A DNA stretch of 32,481 nt, taken from the NCBI GenBank assembly GCA_004524445.1, contig SDNP01000033.1, positions 1-32,481 on the forward strand, written 5' to 3'. The stretch is from Candidatus Thorarchaeota archaeon (GTDB lineage: Archaea; Asgardarchaeota; Thorarchaeia; Thorarchaeales; Thorarchaeaceae). Of the stretch, positions 27,032 to 32,481 are shown in pieces. Position numbers and translations under genes: made by a program. The first letter of the stretch is position 1; each line of letters begins with the position of its first letter. The notes under the pieces are model-generated. The model did not search any database. It saw only the letters and a list, made by a program, of their open reading frames with translations, and was not told the origin of the DNA.

Positions 27032-28000
27032 ATGTCACAAGGAAAGTTAATTGATAGAGGCCGCCAAAAGATTGTCAATGTTGCATATGTCATCATCGCT
27101 TTTGCAGGCTCAGCCTATGGCATCTATAGATACTCCATAAATCCTACAATCAGTTTCTCTTCATTGTTGGATACCGTTATTCTCTTGATCGGCCTTCTTC
27201 TTTTGTCAGTCATATTTGGTGCAATATCTAAACGCGCCATAGACTATATCCCTGGAACATGGGAGGAGTCTAAGAGTTGGGTGGCTGTGGAAGAATATGA
27301 GGGGCTTGTTGAGAAGCATAACAAAGCCTACCGCGGAATACTAGGCGATACTCAATCTGGTTGCACGCTCTGTTGCGGCCTTTTCTTTATTCCAGCTATT
27401 ACTATTGGAATTTTTGCCTATGGCGCATATGCGCAGCCTCTCTTAAGCACCTACTTAGATATGCTACTGCTTCTTATCCTATCATACCTCTTTGTCTGTG
27501 CCGTCGGCTTTTTGGGTGGCTACAATCTGATTAGAACTGATGCCGACTTGCCTTTTGCAAAGCCCACAAAGGGGGCAGTATTCCGCTATATGCAAGCCTT
27601 AGATGATGTGTCCGATATTGAGGCAGGTTTTGATGTGGTGATTGGGACGAGAGGCGAATATAAGGCCATTATGGAAACAGATGCAAAGGCGAGAATACCG
27701 GGTCTTCCCAATACCGCTGCCCTTAAGGTGCAGGTCACTTCCTCCGGTTTCGATTATCCGTATCTCGTTGGCACGATATACAAGGGGCCTCAGGTGCCGG
27801 AGAGAGAAGAACGATTCAATATTGGAGCACGATTCCCTGCTCTCTTTGAATATTCAATGGATGGAAACGTGACAATTATAGTTGGCCGATTTGACATCCC
27901 TAAAAGAACGAGTAGTGTCCCTCGCATTTCGGAATCGGACTTTGAATCTTTAGGCCGATTTATGGCTGCCAAAATGAAGGAATTGCAAGGACCGTCTTGA
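27032..28000 (+). CDS. Uncharacterised 4-TM membrane protein (paralogue 3 of 3)
   Basis: Same layout, with 'RIPG'. ATG at 27032, or alternatively TTG at 27023. Confidence 0.8.
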   Translation: MSQGKLIDRGRQKIVNVAYVIIAFAGSAYGIYRYSINPTISFSSLLDTVILLIGLLLLSVIFGAISKRAIDYIPGTWEESKSWVAVEEYEGLVEKHNKAYRGILGDTQSGCTLCCGLFFIPAITIGIFAYGAYAQPLLSTYLDMLLLLILSYLFVCAVGFLGGYNLIRTDADLPFAKPTKGAVFRYMQALDDVSDIEAGFDVVIGTRGEYKAIMETDAKARIPGLPNTAALKVQVTSSGFDYPYLVGTIYKGPQVPEREERFNIGARFPALFEYSMDGNVTIIVGRFDIPKRTSSVPRISESDFESLGRFMAAKMKELQGPS

Positions 28001-28065
28001 TAGATAACAGACATCTTTAATACTGACACTTTCACGCTCTGGCGTACAGAACGGAAGGAAATCGG

Positions 28066-28374
28066 ATGAAACCAGCCAATTGGACCAATAAATGGATTCT
28101 AACATTTATAGCTGGACTCGTAATTCAGGCCATCTTTTATCCATATATTGCATTCATCAAGCCAGAGGAATTCGTAAGTCATCTATATTTCTATGATGTT
28201 TCCCTGATTGCTTTCATTTCGCTTGGTGTCCAGATCATCGGATTCCTGATTATCATGGATAAAACAAAAGATGATGACCCCTCTATTTACGGACAGGGAC
28301 GCCCTTTTCAACATAAGCTAAGAGAAGAGGACGAAAAACCAGCTGAACGAAAGCCTACTTATGCTGAAGACTAA
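28066..28374 (+). CDS. Small 2-TM membrane protein with charged C-terminal tail
   Basis: Two hydrophobic helices followed by 'DKTKDDDPSIYGQG...'. Purine-rich GGAAGGAA upstream of the ATG. Confidence 0.72.
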   Translation: MKPANWTNKWILTFIAGLVIQAIFYPYIAFIKPEEFVSHLYFYDVSLIAFISLGVQIIGFLIIMDKTKDDDPSIYGQGRPFQHKLREEDEKPAERKPTYAED

Positions 28375-28412
28375 CTGAAAGCGAGAGGCAAATAGCCCCC
28401 CGGTTTTCCTAT

Positions 28413-29270
28413 TTACCAAGTAATTCCTGGAAACGCTCTCGGTGGAATATGGTCTGGAATGAACCCTGGGAACCACATTTCTGCTATTGGCAGATACGGT
28501 GCCATTACTAGTGTTGTGACTATCAGGATGGCAAATGTGAGTGTATGAACGGCAGTCACATATGTATAGTAGGGTCGTATGTAGCTATAGAATGCAAATG
28601 CAGGAATAGATAACGCTGCCATTGCCAGAATCTCTACTGGGGAGAAAAAGAATGGCATTGATATCGGCCACAGGAGATAGAAAATCCATGTTATTGTTTC
28701 GCTAGAAGTTTCATGATGGGCAATCTTGTGAATTCCATCTACCCCCTGACTAAGGAAGAACACGGGGATGAGTAACCACCATTGCAGTCCAACGAAGAAC
28801 ATCGCCCCCGCATAGAAGAGAAGGTCTCCAAAGCTCTCAAATCTCTCCCATAGAGGATTGCGCGAAAAGAATTCAGTGGCTTCAGTCATGAAATATCCAA
28901 TCATCTGCATTAGCACCAAGAGCGGTAAGAAGAAAAAAGATATTGCTATCATAATGACAGCGGCCCGTGGCAATTCTGGAATTTTTCCCTCATGATAATT
29001 GTCGAGAGGATATATGCCATGCAATGTAAAAGCTGTAACCAGTACGAGAATTCCACTCGGGAGGAAATAGAGTGGTTGTGCTAGTAATGACAAGGGTCCC
29101 AAGAACGAATATACATTACTAGTGAGAGAGGATGGTTTCAGGTACCAAACACCGAAGACCACGAGCAACTCTGGTATCAGCATTTTTAGCCTATAATCTT
29201 GGATAAATTTCATAATTGGACCGGGTTCAGCATTCTCTTCGACCAATAATTGCACCTGCCTAAACTGCAC
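28413..29270 (-). CDS. Polytopic integral membrane protein, function unknown
   Basis: 285-aa ORF that is hydrophobic almost throughout (roughly 7-9 TM by eye). The start is uncertain (GTG at 29270 or a downstream Met). Confidence 0.75.
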   Translation of the reverse strand: MQFRQVQLLVEENAEPGPIMKFIQDYRLKMLIPELLVVFGVWYLKPSSLTSNVYSFLGPLSLLAQPLYFLPSGILVLVTAFTLHGIYPLDNYHEGKIPELPRAAVIMIAISFFFLPLLVLMQMIGYFMTEATEFFSRNPLWERFESFGDLLFYAGAMFFVGLQWWLLIPVFFLSQGVDGIHKIAHHETSSETITWIFYLLWPISMPFFFSPVEILAMAALSIPAFAFYSYIRPYYTYVTAVHTLTFAILIVTTLVMAPYLPIAEMWFPGFIPDHIPPRAFPGITW

Positions 29271-29354
29271 AGGAGTGCCCTTCGTAACCTCTCTTAAGCA
29301 TATCCCTCTTCAATTTGAGCTGATATAAAATCTGTAGCGAAATCCAATTGGTTT

Positions 29355-30371
29355 CTAAGAGAATGATTTCAAAATGGCTGGATATTCGTCACTTAGATGA
29401 TGGACCTTTCTTGTTAGCTCACGACTTGCCCCAGATAGACCACACTGAGTAGAAATCATGGAGCTGGAAATAAGCAAGTCAGTTTCCACTCCCGCATCTT
29501 GGAATGAATCAATGGTTAAACGGAGATTTGTTCTCAAATCCTGAAGAACACTACCTCGGATGCCATCGTCGGTGTTCGGTATTACCCCCAGAGCAAGCGC
29601 TCCTCCTCTTTGTATAAAGCGGTTTATCTTTTCGGCATGTTCATTGGAGATTTCGGGAGTATAGTTGATCAAATCTATATGAACGATTTTAGGCGTGCTG
29701 TCCCACAGTAGATAATCCTCTTTCAAGTGGGCCACACGCCAGTCCCCGCAATAGTGGTAGGCCGGAATGATATCTTTGGGATATGTGTTATCAACTGAAT
29801 CCATGAGGTTCTTCATACTGAATTCTTGGTGCGTTTCTCTTTTGATATCCTCCAATATGAATGCCATGGAGGGATCATCTTGGCAGAGTACTATTTCATT
29901 GGAGCAGTTTTCAAGGTGTGAACTAATCCCCTGTCCAATCCGGCTCATCAGGGATTCGAAGAATGGAAGCAAATGGGCGGATACGAGTTTCTTTCCGTCA
30001 GGGCTCCGAATATTATATGCCATTGTAACTGGAGCTGTGATTTGTGTCTTGATTATGTTATATTCCCGTTTTTCACACATAGAATAGAGACTGGGGAAGT
30101 TTTTTCTCGGCGGAAGTAAAGGTTTGTGGCTCTGCAGCATTTCACGATAGACATTAATGTCGGGTTCCCAGAGAAAACCTCCTTCCTCCTCAAAACCATC
30201 TATGAGCACTGCGAATTGCCTTATCATGTCTTCTTCTTTGTTTGCAGGAATCTGAAATGTATATGGAAGAGATAGACTGTTCACATAGTCGAGAGGTTCG
30301 GAGTGTTTTTTTTCACCAAGACTCCCAACGCCAAAGAATTCACCCCTTAGATTCTTAGGTAGCCTCGACAT
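29355..30371 (-). CDS. Single-barrel cobalamin-independent methionine synthase-like (core-MetE/Mes family) Zn enzyme
   Basis: 'KTQITAPVT', 'CQDDPS', Zn ligands 'HYCG' and 'STQCGL', and 'LALGVIP'. There is no N-terminal folate-binding barrel. It overlaps the end of the upstream gene. Start at ATG 30371 or TTG 30377. Confidence 0.75.
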   Translation of the reverse strand: MSRLPKNLRGEFFGVGSLGEKKHSEPLDYVNSLSLPYTFQIPANKEEDMIRQFAVLIDGFEEEGGFLWEPDINVYREMLQSHKPLLPPRKNFPSLYSMCEKREYNIIKTQITAPVTMAYNIRSPDGKKLVSAHLLPFFESLMSRIGQGISSHLENCSNEIVLCQDDPSMAFILEDIKRETHQEFSMKNLMDSVDNTYPKDIIPAYHYCGDWRVAHLKEDYLLWDSTPKIVHIDLINYTPEISNEHAEKINRFIQRGGALALGVIPNTDDGIRGSVLQDLRTNLRLTIDSFQDAGVETDLLISSSMISTQCGLSGASRELTRKVHHLSDEYPAILKSFS

Positions 30372-32103
30372 GGTCAATATTATTCCCCTTTCTAGATTCA
30401 GCTTTCCTCTTGACGACGCGATTGCAGGAATGAATGGCTGGGCAACCTATGCATGCTTCGGGAACATCCGAAACTGATTGTTCCCCATACAACAATAGGT
30501 TTTCATCAATGTCTTGTGTTTCGGGAATACTTCGCCTCTTATCTTCAATATCCTCGCGATCAACATGGCATTTCAAATCCCGCATCTCTTCCACAAATTC
30601 GCTCATGTTTCCCCGAATGACAGCTGCTGTGGGTCCTACCCTCTTCACAATATATCCATTGAATTCGTCCATTAACATCAGATGCTCCATATCTCTCTCT
30701 GATTCAGTTTCAAACAAAGTGACCTTGTCCAGAGATGCAAAAATCGTCTGGGAGGTCCAATCTTTGATGGACCTCGATACATTTGCGGGGATCGGCTTGC
30801 TGCTCTCATTGCCTAGGAATTCAATAATCTCTTTATCCCTAATGCCCATTTCTACAGCTTGGAAAATCGATTGTTCAGTGATTTTGAAAGTACTGACAAT
30901 GTCAGTACGAACTGGCTCGGATAATAGCATGAGTTTGTAGAGCTTGAAATACGCCATTTCTGATGTGTATACGGTCATCTCGAAGTTCGGCTGTACAATG
31001 AATGTTTCGTTTGGCCTAGCATCCTCACTGGGTTCTTTGGCTATAACTGTTTCACCAACATCGGTTAGTTTGACAGCATGAAGTGATTTTCCGGAATAAC
31101 CGCCTTCGAGCAGACCAAGCAATATCGGGTTCTCCAAAGCCATTGCCACCCTTTCTTCAGAGACTTGAATCCACTTCAGCGGCTCCTTCTCTAGGAACAA
31201 CTCACTTCGTATCCAATCCCTCATTTCTTGAACTGTAATCCATTCTTCGCTATTACTATCTCTTAACCTACAGATTATGAGATTAAGCGTATATTCTGTT
31301 GGTTGTTCTGCCGTAGCCCAGATGGCTCGAGTTCTTCCCAAGGCTGAGAGGAGAATTCGCTTAGAAACCTCTTCTTGATATCCTGTAAACAAGGCGTTGA
31401 CTTTTCCTGGGACAACGCGATCTTTATCCACAATTTCATAAGCTCCCGCTTTTCTAGCCAGTCGTTGAACCAAATCGAATCGGTCTTCACTGGACTCGGA
31501 CATCGCCTCAACTATTGCATCTATATCTCTCTTTGGGAATTCCCATGAACTGGTCATCTTCACATCATTCTTGGCAAGATATGATACCAGAAGAAGCATA
31601 TCAACGAGCAGAGCATCCCGCTCATTTACAACCGTCTTCACCTTTGAGGGCTTCTCAGGGTCGATTTCCGGCTTTCTTGTGAAGTATTCCTCTAAGTGGG
31701 GTAAGAAGAAGTCTAGTATCTTGAACTCCGCTACTTCCCTGCCGGTTTCAGTGAGTCTAGACATTGTTCTGCGAATTATGATTCCCCTCTTCCGAAGATC
31801 TCTCTCCGTCTGATTTAGTTGACCGTAGCTGTATATCTTCCTGTATGGTTTAAGCCGGTCGTAACTCATAGCTCCCCCATTGAGTGTGAGCATTCCAAGA
31901 AGATCCTTTTCTTTACCTGAAAAGGTAGAGAATATTCTCTTTCTCTCCTCCGGGTTTCTCATCTTCTTGGCTAGGAGCTCAGAGAGCTGAGTCCCTGATT
32001 TGCTGGAGCTGACATCAATTCCCCAGTATTGACACGCAACAATCAGGTCTTCTCTGAACATATGCTCTAATTCTTCTTCAAGGCGCTCTTTTGCCATCGT
32101 CAT
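30355..32103 (-). CDS. Helicase-associated (Helicase_C_3 / XPB-binding, p52/Tfb2-like) domain protein without helicase motifs
   Basis: 'FIVQPNFEMTVYT...DIVSTFKITEQSIFQAVEMGIRDKEIIEFL...KPIPANVSRSIKDW'. The N-terminal part is helical or winged-helix-like. No Walker A or DExH motif is present. C-terminal 'CIGCPAIHSC'. Confidence 0.82.
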   Translation of the reverse strand: MTMAKERLEEELEHMFREDLIVACQYWGIDVSSSKSGTQLSELLAKKMRNPEERKRIFSTFSGKEKDLLGMLTLNGGAMSYDRLKPYRKIYSYGQLNQTERDLRKRGIIIRRTMSRLTETGREVAEFKILDFFLPHLEEYFTRKPEIDPEKPSKVKTVVNERDALLVDMLLLVSYLAKNDVKMTSSWEFPKRDIDAIVEAMSESSEDRFDLVQRLARKAGAYEIVDKDRVVPGKVNALFTGYQEEVSKRILLSALGRTRAIWATAEQPTEYTLNLIICRLRDSNSEEWITVQEMRDWIRSELFLEKEPLKWIQVSEERVAMALENPILLGLLEGGYSGKSLHAVKLTDVGETVIAKEPSEDARPNETFIVQPNFEMTVYTSEMAYFKLYKLMLLSEPVRTDIVSTFKITEQSIFQAVEMGIRDKEIIEFLGNESSKPIPANVSRSIKDWTSQTIFASLDKVTLFETESERDMEHLMLMDEFNGYIVKRVGPTAAVIRGNMSEFVEEMRDLKCHVDREDIEDKRRSIPETQDIDENLLLYGEQSVSDVPEACIGCPAIHSCNRVVKRKAESRKGNNIDHVEAT

Positions 32104-32275
32104 TCACTTCAACAAATTGAGGAATTGCAAACAAGCGACCATAAATTATGACAATATGATGCTTACGGTATGTTCAATCTAACCAACATGATTTGTACCG
32201 TATAAGAAATGAAAGTATGCTACACGAGGGGCATGCTTATTTTGTCAAGGCAAGATTCTGGTATAGGTGCTGTAA

Positions 32276-32481
32276 TTGGAGCCGCTGCTTTGGTGTGTAA
32301 GGTATCGCCCTAAGACATGGGAACAATTCTATGACCAAGAGTTGGCAATATCACAATTGAAGAACTATGCTTCATCCAAGGTATTTCCCAATCTAATACT
32401 GTATGGTCCCGTAGGCACCGGCAAGAGTGCCGCAGCCCGAGTTTTTGCTGAACAGTTTCTAGAGGATGCGTTTCATTCAAA
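32276..32481 (+). CDS. rfcS: Replication factor C small subunit-like clamp-loader AAA+ ATPase, 3'-truncated (not in ORF track)
   Basis: My translation from TTG 32276 (AGGTG RBS at 32265-32269, in-frame TAA just upstream): MEPLLWCVRYRPKTWEQFYDQELAISQLKNYASSKVFPNLILYGPVGTGKSAAARVFAEQFLEDAFHS. It contains the RFC box 'W..[KR]YRP' and Walker A 'GPVGTGKS'. Confidence 0.85.
   Translation, partial: MEPLLWCVRYRPKTWEQFYDQELAISQLKNYASSKVFPNLILYGPVGTGKSAAARVFAEQFLEDAFHS

Noticed and set aside
24972-28000. Assigning the 4-TM paralogues to tetraspanin, connexin/innexin or similar eukaryotic 4-TM families
   Set aside because: Only the TM count matches. The large Cys-containing extracellular loops of those families are absent.
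30420-30575. WhiB-like Fe-S domain at the end of the helicase-associated protein
   Set aside because: The CxxC-x5-C spacing is similar, but the G[VI]WGG turn is absent. Kept only as an unassigned Cys cluster.
15305-31813. Other short overlapping ORFs in the track (e.g. 19561-19932, 21494-21898, 22530-22913, 26586-27011, 30434-30940)
   Set aside because: Each overlaps a longer gene with clear family motifs or paralogy, and none has independent support.
30355-32103. XPB/Rad25 helicase call
   Set aside because: There are no Walker A, DExH or other SF2 motifs. Only the associated domain is present.
32233-32313. ATG-started short ORF before the window end
   Set aside because: It is only 26 codons and out of frame with the RFC-like ORF that starts at TTG 32276.

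Overview
Gene-dense archaeal window with no rRNA, tRNA, CRISPR array, integrase or transposase that I can support. Gene content suggests an Asgard archaeon, possibly Thorarchaeia (inference only): a giant DUF2341/LamG/Ig-repeat surface glycoprotein, Orc1/Cdc6, RadA and RFC paralogues, and TATA-type promoters. The first 14.8 kb is one 5'-truncated ORF (>4900 aa) with a lectin-like head, a hierarchically duplicated Ig-like stalk, one TM helix and a ~240-aa cytoplasmic tail. The rest encodes a RadA-derived protein, a Zn-ribbon protein, a GcvH/LbpA-like lipoyl carrier, an Orc1/Cdc6-like protein, a GlcD/GlcF-like oxidoreductase pair, an M28-fold membrane protein with Ca-binding repeats, malic enzyme, two tandem Bcp peroxiredoxins, three tandem paralogous 4-TM proteins of unknown family, two further membrane proteins, a single-barrel MetE-like enzyme, a Helicase_C_3/p52(Tfb2)-like protein and the start of an RFC small subunit missed by the ORF track. 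Best leads: (1) the three-paralogue membrane locus, a candidate heteromeric complex; (2) three apparent pseudoenzymes, namely ATPase-dead RadA retaining FxxA, ATPase-dead Orc1/Cdc6 and metal-less M28; (3) a stand-alone p52-like protein; (4) the super-repeat and domain-insertion architecture of the giant protein. All family assignments are by eye from motifs, and no database search was run.
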